From assembly GCA_024704765.1 (NCBI GenBank), contig JAKMXF010000343.1, forward strand, positions 1,035,095 to 1,099,094: 64,000 bases of DNA, in the 5' to 3' direction. The position numbers and the translations under genes are program-made. The notes beneath the pieces are model-generated. The model saw nothing but the letters and a program-made list of their open reading frames with translations. It had not been told where the DNA came from and made no database searches. This DNA is from Oopsacas minuta (taxonomy: Eukaryota; Animalia; Porifera). Below, one piece after another: positions 49,505 through 63,109 of the stretch. How positions within the stretch are numbered: position 1 is the stretch's first letter; each line of letters opens with the position of its first letter.

Positions 49505-50550
49505 ATGGCACAGATGATTCCACTATTTCTCGCAGAAGAAGAACCCTCTTCCTCAATGGCACGTCAACGAGTTTTCAGGGATCTCAATGATCCCCTAGAT
49601 TGTTATGATGATATGGAACTTGTTCGACGTTTCCGTTTCTCTAGAGTTTCAATATCTAAAATTGCAGAGTTGATAGCTAACTATTTGAATTTCACCGAGC
49701 GTTCTTGTGCTGCTTCCCCTCACTTGCAAGTTGGTGTGGCACTTCAATTTTTCGCTTCTGGAACGTTCCAGATAATTTGTGGAGATGGGATAAACGTAAG
49801 CCAAGCTTCTGCCTCTCGTTATATCCGAGATGTTTCTCTGGGTTTGCAAGCTATATACCATCAGTTTGTTAGTTTGCCTGCTGGTCTCAAGAGGGTAGAA
49901 GTCAAAAACAAGTTTTATGAAATTGCTCACTTTCTAGGCGTAGTAGGATTAGTTGACGGAACACACATACGAATCCAAAGACCCTCGGAAAATGAAGCAG
50001 ATTATATAAATCGGCATTTTTACCACTCAATTAATGTCCAGGCTATTTGCCAACCAGATGGAATGTTTAGTGATGTATTGGCATGTTTTCCTGGGTCTGT
50101 TCACGATTCACGGATTTGGAAGAATTCAGGTGTTGGGATGCATGTTGAAATACCTTTTCAATAGGGGAGCATATATTAGGAGATAGCGGTTACATGATGA
50201 GGCCATATTTACTCACTCCTTATCGCCAACCAATATCTACTCCCCAATTTAACTACAACTATGCACATAAGAGGACAAGGGTTATTGTTGAACAGACATT
50301 TGGGCGATGGAAACGAAGATTCCACTGTCTTTATGGAAAGCTCAGGATGAGTCCAGATAAAGTTTGTTCCATCATAGTTGCTTGTGCAGTATAGCATAAC
50401 ATAGCAATACAGTGGAAACAACCTCTCTTAGAAGATGAAGTCTCCGATGATTCCTATCCGGATGATGTTCTTGACTTTGAAGAAACTGTTGGGCATTTGG
50501 CATCAAAGCATTACAGGGATCAATTTTCTATTCATAATTTCAGCAACTAA
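49505..50550 (+). pseudogene. Harbinger (HARBI1-like) DDE transposase, one frameshift and one stop
   Basis: VRRFRFSR, ALQFFASG, GLVDGTHI, SINVQAIC, PGSVHDSRI, GDSGY, VEQTFGRWKRRF. Confidence 0.93.
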
Positions 50551-50626
50551 ATTCACATAGCATATATGTTGTGATGTAGATATGGAAACATTTTGCACAG
50601 TTAATGATTATAAGGTAACATGGAAA

Positions 50627-50742
50627 TTGTAGTTTTGAAACATCTAAGTAGGGTGTTGGTCTTTGTAGTTTTGAAACATCCAAGTAGGGTGTGGGTCTTC
50701 GTAGTTTTGAAACATCTAAGTAGGATGTTGGTCTTTGTAGTT
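50627..50742. repeat. 3 x 36-bp tandem repeat between the two Harbinger genes
   Basis: TTGTAGTTTTGAAACATCTAAGTAGGGTGTTGGTCT repeated head-to-tail, plus a partial fourth unit; no spacers. Confidence 0.9.
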
Positions 50743-50819
50743 GGGATATTTATTTGTGAAATGTATCAAGTATCGCACTTGAATTGGGAGCTAGTTGTTG
50801 CATTATGAAAACTATAAAT

Positions 50820-51577
50820 TGGTGGCGGTTATTGATATTCCAAAGAAAGAGTATGGACAAGGTCGCAAAGTAAATTGGAAAAGGAGGAGGAGTATACACT
50901 CATTGAGGCAATCCAGGATGCTGGAGATATATTGAGAGGTACTGCTGGTCATTGCGCGGAGATAAACAAAAAAAAAGACAAGGCTTTGGAACAATGTTAT
51001 GAGGAAAATCAATTCCATCCATGGCAACTACCGAGATGTGAAAGATATTAAGAAGAAGTGGAACAATCTAAAAGGTTCCGCAAAAGCCCGTGTGGATTCC
51101 AATCGAAGGGAAGCGAGGAGGACAGGAGGAGGGCCAAATGAAGCTGGTGAAGTGGAGGATGAAGACATCCGGATCCTTAGCTCCGACAGGGAAATATCCA
51201 CATCTGTGACGGAGAGAGTATCACTGATGTTCTCAAGTACGCCAGCGTTCTCTGGAATATGTGGTAGTGTTGATATGTTTCAAGCCCCAACAACATTGCC
51301 TTCACACACTGAGATTAGCGAAAGCAGAGAAGTAACACCAGTGTTTGAGGGACCAGAAGTTACTGTAGTTAACAGTCGTCCAGAGGGAAGGCGTAGGCGT
51401 AAGAGGAGCATCGAACAGTCAACAAAGGTCTCTGATTTACTTCCTCTGCAAAGAGAAGTGCTCCTTAAACAGGTGGAAGTATTCTTGGCTCAACTACAGC
51501 TGATTGAAGAGCAGAGGGAGTATTATCGTCATAAAAAGCAGAGACTTTTAGAAAAAGATCAACAGCAGCAGCTTTAG
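50820..51577 (+). pseudogene. Harbinger Myb/SANT-like (trihelix) DNA-binding accessory protein
   Basis: RKVNW..EEEYTLIEAI...KKTRLWNNVMRKINS...DVKDIKKKWNNLK...RREARRTGGGP and a C-terminal coiled-coil-like segment. One frameshift near the start. Confidence 0.88.
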
Positions 51578-52789
51578 ATATACGATTTAGTCACATTGTA
51601 ACATCATACAAAATCATAATTTATAGTGAAAGTATGAATTAATCAAAGAAAACGAGTGATTGAAGTGATTACATCAATGTTATCGATAAATATAATATGT
51701 TTGGAAACTTAAAATAGAGCTTGAATAACTTAAGCAACCTCGGTAGGTTACTTAACTTTTGTACTTAAGTACATACTTAAGTATAAGCTTAAATCTTAGT
51801 GAATACCAATCTTAGTGAATACGGTTTAAGTATGTACTTAGACTTAAGTACTAAGTACATACTTAAGTACTAAGTACATACTTGAGTATGCTTAGTGAAT
51901 ACGGCCCCAGAATACAAAATACAAAAATGAAACTTCATTATTTAATGCCTCTGAATCGAGTAAAAAAAGAAAGAATAATATGGGAATTTTAGTAGAGCTG
52001 TACCTGATATTAAGTTACACTCCGTTTTCAGACATACTGCCCTGATATTTTACGTAATTGTATATCACAGTAAGAAAAATAATTTGTATTAAAATTAAAG
52101 AAATATAATGGTAGTTTCACTTATGTTCAATAGTAATTAGAGAACTTTGGCATCCAATTTCAAAATGCGAAGTGTCAGAATATTCTTTCTGAAACAGGAT
52201 AGCTGGGCAGGGATTCGGGAATAAACGGAGAGAAACTTTAATCCTGGACAACCATGGTATTGAGTAGAATTATACACACATTAACCACAGGATGTAACTG
52301 TAAGTAAACATGAAATGTATTTGTTGGGGAAATAGGGGGAAATAAAAGAATTTACAGCCATGGATAAAGTAAACTCATCTCACAATGATTACTAAAAGGC
52401 TTACAGCCATATTTGTCACATTCATGACTATATAGTTGCTTGAGAAAGATGGGAAGATATTCTTCCCTTTTGAGAATGATAGCTCAGCAAAAGTATGTCT
52501 TTAGCATTCTTTTAGATATGATGTCTTGTGCTCACTTTGTCTTATGACAAGGCACAATCATTATTTGTGTCTTTATACTGGTACTAGATTGCACATATTG
52601 TGTAGACAAGTATCAGTGTGGCTTATAATGACCAAGAATAAGCAAAATGACATCACAAAGATAGTGCTCAAATTGTTTCCATAGTCAGATCGCTCAAAAT
52701 GGATTATGCTGTTTTCGGTCGTACAGTACTTCAATATCAACTGACGTCTCAACTAGTTGTGAAATGAAATCGACTAATCAATCTGACTG

Positions 52790-53290
52790 TAAGTGCTTGA
52801 AGTAAAGTCTTGGGATAATCACCTTGCCTATGTGATGCGGTGCGTTGTCTTGTATGTGCTATGCACCTTTCTTTCGTGTATTTGTGTAAAGCTCCTCCAC
52901 AAAGTTAGGAAAGGCTCAAAATTTCTGAAATTTATGTTAGTGAAATTCGCCTTGTATTAACTCGAATTAGAGGCCCTATTTTTATCATCAATACGTCCCT
53001 AAAGCATAACCGAAGCCCCACCTCCATTAATGATTTTTGGGGACATTGAAGGAGATATCTTTAGACTTTTCTTGCCAAACAATTTTTCGACCATCACAGC
53101 CAAATATACTGAACATTGTTTCGTCAGAAAATATTCCATGTTTCCAACTACTAAGATTCACGATGTGTGTTTGAAATATATAGCTAACCCCTTCTGATTT
53201 TTCTGTGAAATTAAGGACTTTTCGCAATCCATACGAGTCCGATAACCATAACCTTCCGGGTTGAAAAGATGAGTCAGAGTTCTCAAATTA
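52790..53290 (-). pseudogene. Highly decayed Tc1-like transposase fragment
   Basis: IFSDETMFSIFGCDGRKIVW and IQDNAPHH on the minus strand. Confidence 0.65.
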
Positions 53291-56200
53291 GAGGTTCGAT
53301 TTCATTTAACAATCGACTCGTGCTGGCGTTTACTTCGTTATGCTATTCAACTTGGACGTCTAGTTGATGGAAGATTTTTTATTATCCCAGGAGTTTCCAT
53401 TTCAGTAGGGTGTAATGAAGATTGGAACAATTTATCATTAATAACTGGGAATATTTTGGATACCACTTCGCCCTTTATTCCATCCGACGGCTACCTCACG
53501 AAGAGAGGTGGAAATTTCCCATATTTTAGCATAAAAGCTAAAACGATGAATGAAAGGGAATTAACTATGCAAACATGCTGACACCAAGTCTTCAAATATA
53601 TATTATTTTTTCTCACATAAAAACTATGGTTAAACTAGAGATACTAGTTTTTCATATATGGGCAGAACATGTACAAAAATCTCTCTGCAAGAATTTCAAA
53701 TACTTTTTGCCCACTTAAAGTAAACTGGAATGATTTAAGTATAACTTGTTTTCTACTTTGTTCTCGTTTCAGGGGATATGCACTAACCCGGAAAAAGTAA
53801 CTCAACTATACAAAATATACAATAATATCATGACTATAGGCAAAAATAATTGCAATTCATATGATTTGATGCCTGAAAGAACTATTGGACAATGTTAGTT
53901 TCATCGTTTCAGACTAAATATAGGAAGATTTCTTAAATTATATATTATGAAGCCACACTTTGCTCATTAAATAGATCATGAGCTTATTTATTATTTGAAA
54001 ACTAATTACATAAATATATAAGTGCCGCAATTCGGATGGTAGATAATTCCAGTGATCTGAATTAACCCACCATGAATATTTCGAATTGTTTAAATCAAAT
54101 ATTGTTGAGTTGTTAGCATTATTATGTTTGTGCTACTTGTGGCAGAAGTGGCACATCAAAATTGTCTGCTCCACTTAAGATGTGGGGTTATGTTTGCCAA
54201 AATCAGCTTTATTTCCAACTATACAAACTATTACATGTAAGTTTAGAGAACCTCAATTGATCTTCATATTATATCGCATTCCAGTTAAGTGCCTCTTCTG
54301 CTACATATGTCTCAAACATTAAAACGCTAACAAATCAATAAGATTTACTCTAAACAACCCTAAATATTCTTACTGAGGTAATACAGATCTGTAGAATCCA
54401 AATCTGCTATCAGAGTTGCGGAATCCAAGGCTGTTCTACAGGAATAATATTGCAATAGGGGCTATCGACCACATTGACTCCGAAAATATATTCAGTTTCT
54501 CTTCATTACCTCTTTTTTGACAAATCGTCGTTGTAAATTTTGCTTGTTTTATCTCTATTTAATTGGAGATTTCTTCTATGACCCTAGGAATTCGATACTT
54601 ATACCAGGGGTGTAGTGGAAAGGGTACGCAGGGGATACCATCCCCCACTAATTTAGCCCAGACATATTTGTTTTGAAAGAATTAATAAATCCAATGGGTA
54701 CCTTGTGGGAAAAAGGAATTCCAGGCAATTTCCATGGGAAATCTCACATGGAAATTTCCACATAGAATACTGTTAGATAGAGATGGGAATGGGAATCAAA
54801 ATTTCATTCAGACGCCAACCATGGTGGGATATCACATATGATATACGAGTTGTATTTTAGTGCTCCTATAGGGAGATGCCCTAATGGTATAGATGTGCGA
54901 CGAACGTACGTATATACGTCCTCGCGGCCCTGCGATAGCGCTCGGTTAGCATGAAAATTAGTACACATATACATAATATGTCTGAGTATTGTTACTCTGG
55001 CATTGATTTTTTCTATCTTGAAATGGTTACAATTTTGGTAATTGACTATATTTCACATCTTTCCACGTAAAATTCCTTAGCATGCTAAAGATTTGGTTCC
55101 AACAGGTTGTCAGTGGTAATTTGGTACCTAGAGTTTGAGAGTTACTAATCCACAGAATATTGATATAATCATATTTTCACACCTTTTGCTAACTTGTATA
55201 TTAAAGTGATGGTAGAATATTTTGTATTACAAACTCTACTATTTTATAGCTCCGCTATGTCGTATGGAATTCTTTCAAATTTTTATCTTCATGATTATTG
55301 TTTAATCATATTTTTTACGTCTATTTCAAAATGATTCTAGAAAGTTCGGTTTAACTCTGTCAGAGGTAATCGAGTGGAAATTTTCAAATCACACACTCAA
55401 TGGATAATTATTCATGGTATTAATTAGAATATTATACATTTTTGCGTATATTTCAAATTGATGCGAGAGATTTCGTCTCAATAGTTAGACAAGGAGGGCC
55501 AGGGGGAAATGGCCCCTAATAAGCACACAAACAATTAACCCTGAGTTGCACTACCAGTATGTCGGCAGGTCATTTTGATTTCAATGGGTATTTGGCTAAG
55601 TGAGCTTCCTATACTAATTTTCCAGGACTACACCCATGTTTATACCACATATATGTGTTCTATGCTAATTCTTTCGACAAGTGCTACATTTTGGATTTTT
55701 GCTAAGCGATTAGGCATGACATTCAAGCAATTAGAATTTCTATGCCTCCTGCTAACCTTATCGTATCAATTTTCCACACCTACCTATTATCTCTTTAAAA
55801 CATGCTAATAGTTGCCTAATAATTGTTCTGAATAACTATAGTAAACTGGTTGAGTATTTCCAGAGATAATACCATAAAACGGTACGCCATCCCAACATTA
55901 CTTCACTGAAACGACAATATTCTGTTTGGCTAGCATTCTGAAGATATTTGTTAGGATATACATTGCCAATTATTGCAAGATTTCAAAAACACTAACGCGC
56001 TACTCGGTTGCGAACATCTCGAGCAACATGATACTGCCATAATCTTTTTATACTCGATTACCCCAGGATAACCATTGTAAGCATGTTTCTACCACAATTT
56101 TGAAATTTGTTTACTTTATGTTCCTAAAACAAAGAAATATTCATAATATGTCGTTCACAATATCATATTCTGAATCTGCGTACTCAATTACCCCAATACA

Positions 56201-56520
56201 ATGTTGTTTTGCTGTTGTTATGTTGTGTAATATTAGGTTCTGGACTTTATGAACTGAACTTATGTTTCTATATGGAAGCATGACAGGCGTACACAGACAC
56301 AAATTGAGATTTCTTAATATTGATAAGACCCAAGTATGGAAAATGGGGCGGTTTACAGTGGCGTAGTTCTATTGTAAGTGTGAAGTCACATGGCTAACAT
56401 CTTAGATATTAATAGAATCACATGTTTATTAGAAAATATACATGTATTAAAAGTATATTGATATACTTTATCGCAGAAGTTCTTTTCAATTTTACAACAA
56501 CATTTTGGAGCTAATCAATT

Positions 56521-56684
56521 GGGGACCTTCAAACGTTACATAACTCAAAATTCCCTAAATTTTGACCCCTTCTCCTCTCTATGTCATGATTTTTCACTGT
56601 TTTGTAATTCAGAAAGAATAGACTGTCACACTTCGCATACCACCCCCTCCTCTTGTAGCGTTACATAACGTTTGAACGACCGTC
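56521..56684. mobile_element. ~165-bp MITE
   Basis: Inverted ends GGGGACCTTCAAACGTTACATAAC / CGTTACATAACGTTTGAACGACC; related inverted copy at 40413. Confidence 0.65.
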
Positions 56685-58495
56685 TGTGTTTGTGTTTGTT
56701 CGTTGTCAAGCAATGATTTCTGGAATGCTATTTAATTCGAATTTCTCTATACTGAGATATCACACAACTATGTTTTTTCTTGTTTACAAAGAAAGTAAGC
56801 TTTATTCAATAAAATATGGCAAACTATATCGAATACGTATGCCGAATCTGATTTTCACACTTTCCAATTAATTATGTGTAAAAGTATGATTTTATAAATA
56901 TCAAGATGTCAACAAAAACACTAGTATTCGCCAAGCCGCAGCGCGAGCAAGCTAATCGTGCTTGTAATTATTTTATTATCTAGGAAAAATATGTGAATCA
57001 ATTACATCGGCCCCGCTTTTACCGTTAGCACAGGGCCCTTGGTATGGTATCGTGTGAACTATAAATGAAAATCAATATCATTAACTAAGTTTCCTGTATT
57101 TTACAAATGAGGAGATCAGTATGTAAATATCAGTTTTTGCACTAGCTTTTCTTTTCGATTGTCTACTTCCAGCTTTTGAATGGCTTTTATACCCATGTTT
57201 CCCCATTCTTTTAATTTTTATTTCCCTTTTCCTGCTCACCTTAGAAAAACTTCTTGCAATTATTCATTGAATATCAGCCAATCAAAACTCTTGCCATTTC
57301 TTGTTGTGTTTTCGACTGCTTGCTACAGGTAAGTACCTCCTCATTCACTTCTCAGTGAAAGTTTCTTATTACTATTCACCATTTTAAAGCCCTGATATCC
57401 AATCACTAGCGTGTCCTCGATTTTGGAATTAATATCAAGCGATACAAGGATATTTATACATATAATGTAACATTTTGTAATTTTCAGTTGTCACGTTACT
57501 AAGTAATAATGAGATACTACCATGGATGGTGCATATTTGTCATGATCCACTTATAGCTCGATAGTCACTAGAGTGATGCTTAAATATTCCAGCCAATGTC
57601 TACTGCATACCTAACTTCCCATACCCATATAATATATTCTGATACCATTTGTCTATTCAACATTACGCAATCGTGAATGGGCCCATATTTAATCGTTATC
57701 AAGAATAAGCAATACGAGGTATGATATCTTATCAAAATGTATTACAAGGATATGGTAAGTTTGGTATTTATTAGGCATACTCTAAGCAGACATAAGTATT
57801 TTACATTATCTGTATATTTTACAATATCTATATATTTACAATATCTGGTGAGTCAGTTGCGAAACTTCTCAAAACCTCAGGAAACAAAGCTGAACATTTT
57901 CGTTCTATTATCTATTCCTTCAATATTTAATCTACTTAATTTTATTGTTAATAATGATTTGGCTTTCCTTTTAGCCTTTCTTTCCTCCACTCTTCTTAGG
58001 AGACTTTCGATAGGCAATTTGCAGTAGCTACCGGTAACATCTCCCATTTCCTTGATAGACTTTTGGTTGAATTGATCTGTCGAGGACCAGATTTACAAGA
58101 TTCCCCCTATGGGGTTTAGAACTGGTGACCGAGGAGGCCCACTCTATTTTCCCCAACCATTGTGTAATACTATCTATCTAGTAATGCGTTTAAGGCTACA
58201 TAATTTCATTCGAAATATTTGACCCATATAATTGCTCAAGTCACAAGCAATCATACTGAATTTCCACATGTACGACAAAAATCGGGTGAAATATGCATTT
58301 TCACACATTTTAGGGCCATTACTAGACCATGTTTTAACATTGTTCAAGTCAAATTTCAAAATAACACTGAACTGGCTCTATACGTACACATATTTTACCC
58401 AAGGATTTATTTTACTCTAGCTTCAAAACTGACCGAGTAATGGCAGTTGAAGATGGGTACAGGAAGATTTTTGCTGAATACCACTCTTTGCTAAA

Positions 58496-58535
58496 TACTG
58501 ACCTGGCTCTAGGCGTGCATAGAGCCAGGTCAGTA
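58496..58535. other. Perfect 16-bp-stem hairpin
   Basis: TACTGACCTGGCTCTA-GGCGTGCA-TAGAGCCAGGTCAGTA; a third variant CACTGAACTGGCTCTA lies at ~58365. Confidence 0.85.
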
Positions 58536-58964
58536 ATTCTAGAATATTTAGAATTAGAATTGAAAAATTTCTGTTCTCGAAAAGATAATATTGGTACATT
58601 TTGGAATTCTAGTCAAAAAGTGCCAATTATGATATTATCGAGAACACTAAAATTGGAACTCAAATATATTATTCATTAACTAATCCATAGTAATGGTTGA
58701 GGAAAATATAGTCAGAGAATAGGCTATAGTGACGTAGGCTGTGGTTTGCTAATTTGACAAAATCGGAGCATAATTTTCAGGATCAATATTAGCAAACATC
58801 TCACATGTGTTGATATAATATTCGTTTGGTATTTTGATGTGTTCGACGGGGTAAAAATAATTTGGAAAAACCAATTATCGGCACAAAAAATAAGTTACAC
58901 CCTGCAAAAGACAAAAGATATCTATCTAGCTAACAAATTTACAAAAGGGATATCGTTATATACA

Positions 58965-60650
58965 CTATAGATTATATGCAATGTAGATTGGGTCAAGCTG
59001 ATCAGATAGAAAAGAGTCCTTAAGATGTAGTCTCTGAATTTCTCCCCTAGAATTGATAGGGATAGTTTTGGGGTCAACTATTACAACAACTCCAGGGATT
59101 ACATAGTGTTCCTCAACTAGAGCAGTTGTAATACGTGGAACAACAGATAATGGATCTTTGTCTTCTGATTCTAATTCAGCAACAACAACTAAAAGATGAT
59201 CACCCTCAAACACTGCACTAGTAGTGATAAATTTGTGGCAACGGTTGACAGAATTTTCCAAGTCCCTCGGGTAATAACGAGCTGAGTCTAAGTTGAGTGA
59301 TCCCTCAATAGAACCTACTATGAATAAATGGTATACAATCTGCCCCTCTTCTTCTTCTTCTCCCTTTATTATGAATCCGAGAAATCCTGAACGTGCATAT
59401 TGCTGAAGAATTGTATCGCTGCCCTGAATGGATGCCTGAAAATGTTCCTTATGAATTTCGGCAGAAATGTCATCACCAATACCATCAAATCCTACGGCAT
59501 TGTGCTCACTAATTACCCATATCTCTCCTAATTCTCCTTCTCCTAGCAGAGTGCGAGTATTAGAGTTAACTATCACGACAGTTACGCCTGGTAGCAGGCG
59601 GCCTGAAGATGAGAGCAAAATAGAATGAGGAACACCCCTTTCAACGACCTTAATTTTGTCTAGTTTCAGTGCTCTCGCATCTAGATAAAGTTGAATTGGT
59701 GTAGGTTGCTTAAGACCCTGTACACAAATGGCAGAATTAACCCGACATCCAAAAGATGTTGATATTGCACGAAAACTTAGTCCTAACCGTGCAAATAACA
59801 CAGAAAAAGGAGAAATTATATTCATTCTTGGTCTTTCTTCCCCTACTACAACCAAGGATTGTAAGTTTGAAAGATTGATCCCTTTTGATATAAGATTTTG
59901 TGTTGCACTACTTAAATCTCGCAAACAAGTTTCAATGACTGAATAAGTGCAATAGGTTTCGATTGCTTTATGTTGCGAGAGAACAAAGAACCATAAAGAA
60001 GGATTCTGTAACAAGTCTGTAGGGTGGATTAGAATGGTATGTTGTCCTGAAAAGACACTACTCAAAAGGTATATCATTAATCCAAGACCTGAAGATGGTT
60101 CTAAAATGAGAACTGAAGAGTGGTTAGGGTTTAGTTCGCATGTTTGTTGATGTGAGCGACAGAAATGCAAACAATTTTGGTGACTGACCTTTGTTCCTGT
60201 CAATACGCCAGTGTCAGATACAGTGTAATCAATGTATGCAATCAATTCAGATGTAGGAGGGTGGTACATCTTTTCTAATCTCTTTCGCCCTATATCTTCG
60301 ATATCCAAAAGAGGGGGCCAAGTTCGTAATTCGAAATATGTCGAAACCTCCTTGGACCTAAGTTGACGAATAGTGGAGTGAGAAGTAAGAATGGCAACTG
60401 ACTTAGATCTTTCTAAGATATGTGAGATCGTAGGAACTAGAGAGTTATAATTCTGGGAGGTAACATTCCTAATCACCACAGGTATAAGGCCAAGAAGAAG
60501 TGAGCCATAAAATCCAGCAATGAGATCGAGGCCCGGGGGAAGTAGAAGTGCAATAATATTTCCGCTGATAAGCTTTCCCTTCTCTGAAAGGTAAGCTGCA
60601 ACTCTCTCTGATTTCTTTAAGAGTGATCTTCCTGTATAACTCAAGGAGAC
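58965..60650 (-). CDS. DIP2: DIP2 (disco-interacting protein 2) terminal exon encoding the second AMP-binding/acyl-CoA-synthetase-like region; upstream exons not found in the window
   Basis: Acceptor ttctgcag at 60651; open frame ALLLPPGLDLIAGFYG...TWPPLLD...AYIDYTVSDTG...EERPR...FGCRVNSAICVQG...GEIWV...IPINSRGEIQRLHLKDSFLSDQLDPIYIAYNL*, matching the DIP2 C-terminus. Confidence 0.95.
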   Translation of the reverse strand, partial: VSLSYTGRSLLKKSERVAAYLSEKGKLISGNIIALLLPPGLDLIAGFYGSLLLGLIPVVIRNVTSQNYNSLVPTISHILERSKSVAILTSHSTIRQLRSKEVSTYFELRTWPPLLDIEDIGRKRLEKMYHPPTSELIAYIDYTVSDTGVLTGTKVSHQNCLHFCRSHQQTCELNPNHSSVLILEPSSGLGLMIYLLSSVFSGQHTILIHPTDLLQNPSLWFFVLSQHKAIETYCTYSVIETCLRDLSSATQNLISKGINLSNLQSLVVVGEERPRMNIISPFSVLFARLGLSFRAISTSFGCRVNSAICVQGLKQPTPIQLYLDARALKLDKIKVVERGVPHSILLSSSGRLLPGVTVVIVNSNTRTLLGEGELGEIWVISEHNAVGFDGIGDDISAEIHKEHFQASIQGSDTILQQYARSGFLGFIIKGEEEEEGQIVYHLFIVGSIEGSLNLDSARYYPRDLENSVNRCHKFITTSAVFEGDHLLVVVAELESEDKDPLSVVPRITTALVEEHYVIPGVVVIVDPKTIPINSRGEIQRLHLKDSFLSDQLDPIYIAYNL

Positions 60651-61161
60651 CTGCAGAAGGAATTACTATTAACACCAATTAAGTAATATTAGGAGTGAAT
60701 AAACAAAAAATAACAAATAAACACCAATGTATAAGATTATGTAAAGTGCACGCCACACGGTTGTCAGTTAATTATCTTTGTGGCAAAATATACATTGATA
60801 ATCAAATGTGCAAGACTTGGTCACAAGATTCTAGGTTAAATTCAACTATATCAGGGTTCCGCAACTATATTTTCTGGCAGCATGCGGTCCGAAGGGACAT
60901 TTGTATTGCATGATAACTCAATGCAAAATTGTATTACATGTGGCCTGTAGTATTACATCGCATCAAGTGGTATAACTCGTCCCCCGAGAAAAATCTAGCA
61001 ATCCATATAATATAGATTGCTAAGATCAGATATACAGTTATTTCATTTTGAATAAGGTTTGTGAATTTCCATTGAAGCAGTACTTAACATTTTGACAGTC
61101 CACCATGGACAATGAGTCCATATAATTCAATTTTGATAAGCCCCACTATTCGTCACCAATA

Positions 61162-61275
61162 TAGTCACGGCCGCTTATAGTGAACCGCAAGGAACCCGAA
61201 ATCTAGTTCAGAATAATTAGACCTCATTAAAATGAAGTTTCTTTTTAATATGAACCAATATAAGCGACCTGACTG
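61162..61275. mobile_element. pogo/Tigger-like mini-MITE in the presumed DIP2 intron
   Basis: TA + TAGTCACGGCCGCTTATA ... TATAAGCGACCTGACTG + TA; a further related end at ~61450. Confidence 0.6.
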
Positions 61276-63109
61276 TACTAATACATGACTATTTTCCTCT
61301 ATATACATAAGTCAGACATATATGCATTACATAGCAAATAATTCCAGATGTTGGCATGAACTTTGATCTAATAATATATTTCTACGATTGTCCAAATCAT
61401 TCTTCCTAGAAAAGAATTATTTTTTCAATTTTGTTTGTCATAGTGATGTACAGTCAGGCTCGCTTATTCTGAGCCAAGCCAGCGACCTCAATAAAATATT
61501 TCTCATTTGTATAATATCAGTTCAATAAGAACAAATTACTGATTTAGTTGAGTGATAATTCGGGAGAAGAAGAGTTAGGAGCGTGCTAGATAAACAATGA
61601 ATTACCACTTGGATTGAGCCACTCTTTTATACGTAAATATTGTTAGTATATAGTAACAACTTTGATTCTACATTGCCGAAATGTACGAATAACATGTAGT
61701 TATAATTCGAATCTTCCTTTTGGATGTTGATTCATTGAGCATATTCAATAGAAGTATGGATTGAATTGGGAATTCAGAGGTAGTAATAACATGTGCTCGT
61801 AGTGCTATATTATTAATTATGACTGACGTCTTAATTAATGATATAGCACTATTACTTGTAGATGTTTGGAAGGATCGTACGATCTTAAAGAGTAAGAGCC
61901 TAACGCGCTACCCACAACATAGGCTTATTGTGGAATTGAACCATTATGTTAATGCACTGAAATATTGAGGTCAAATCGCAACGATAAAATTTCGGCTCAT
62001 TTCGCTAGCATCTGAAATATCAGGTATATGACATATAATGACCTACGAAGCGGAATGTAACTGTATTTAACAAATACATACAAAATGTATATTGCCAAAG
62101 CAGGTAGTCAATCAGAAAAAATTCCAAACAGAAGTATCCGAAACAGTTCTGATAAATAATTTCTGCATTCTATAAATCCCTAGCTCGATTGTAATCCCAA
62201 ACCAGAAGCGTAGACAGGGTGCCGGAAGTGGCGCATTTGGGCCATTTGTGTTTTCTAGTAAGCCTTTATTTAGAAAAAAGTGCATTCATTCAGACGTCAA
62301 ACATTATAATATGTGAAATCATCTTAAGATCTTTGTAAACCAAATATTAATAAATATTATACAGAATTTGGCTCGTTCTGGAGTTAGAATAAGTACTAGG
62401 GATGACACAGCTTTGGGGGTATTCAATTACATAGCCAAGTATGCATAAGGCGTAACTGCACAACATGCGAAATTTTGAAACGAGGGGCGTAAGCACCGAA
62501 ATAGTTATCCCTATATTGACTTAGTATTTCATGTTAACTAATATTTCTCAGACTTTTGCTTTGGGAAAATTCACATTCTCAAGATGTTTTCATTTTTGTT
62601 GTTCGTTATGCTCCCAAATTTTTTCAGCCTGCCACCTTATAGAAGAAATTTCCTAACCAATATGTTCAACAACCCAATCATAAATTACGAATATCTGTAC
62701 TTATATGATAGATTTTACTCACCTTGAATAGTATACACTGATTCGTTTTAGTTTCAGTGTTATATTCGATATGTTTACTTGGTGGCACCGAAATTTTTAA
62801 GTATCCTACAATCGAATAGTTCCCTTGAGTAACATTTCTCAACTTATCTGTTTTCACTTACGTACATGTATTTGACCACAACTAAACTAGGAATGTTAGA
62901 CAGTAACCCATAAAATTATTGATTGCATAAATTTAATTCAAATAATATATTTTAATCAATCATCTGTATTTCAATTGACTAAGAACACATCACATCAAAT
63001 TCGAATATACTAAATTGATTGTACATTTCTAAATGGCAGAATTTCATATGCAAGCAATTGAGTCAATTTGTCGGATATTCTTTCGGAAATTTGATTCGAC
63101 CAAATTGAG

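Larger units (their letters stand above)
49015..51907 (+). mobile_element. PIF/Harbinger transposon with two tandem genes and subterminal AAGTACTT/TACTTAAGTA arrays
   Basis: TIR (GG)GCCGTATTCACTAAGCATACT; CAG TSD (CWG type); arrays at ~49035-49170 and ~51755-51890. Confidence 0.93.

Noticed and set aside
50627-50742. 36-bp repeats resembling CRISPR repeat length
   Set aside because: Units are directly adjacent with no unique spacers, there are no cas genes, and the context is eukaryotic. The same applies to the 15-bp arrays.
56921-56965. Helitron-like 3' end (GC-rich stem then CTAG|T on the minus strand); similar GC stems at ~35300-35410 and ~54925
   Set aside because: The hairpin is imperfect, and no 5' TC end or Rep/helicase sequence was found.
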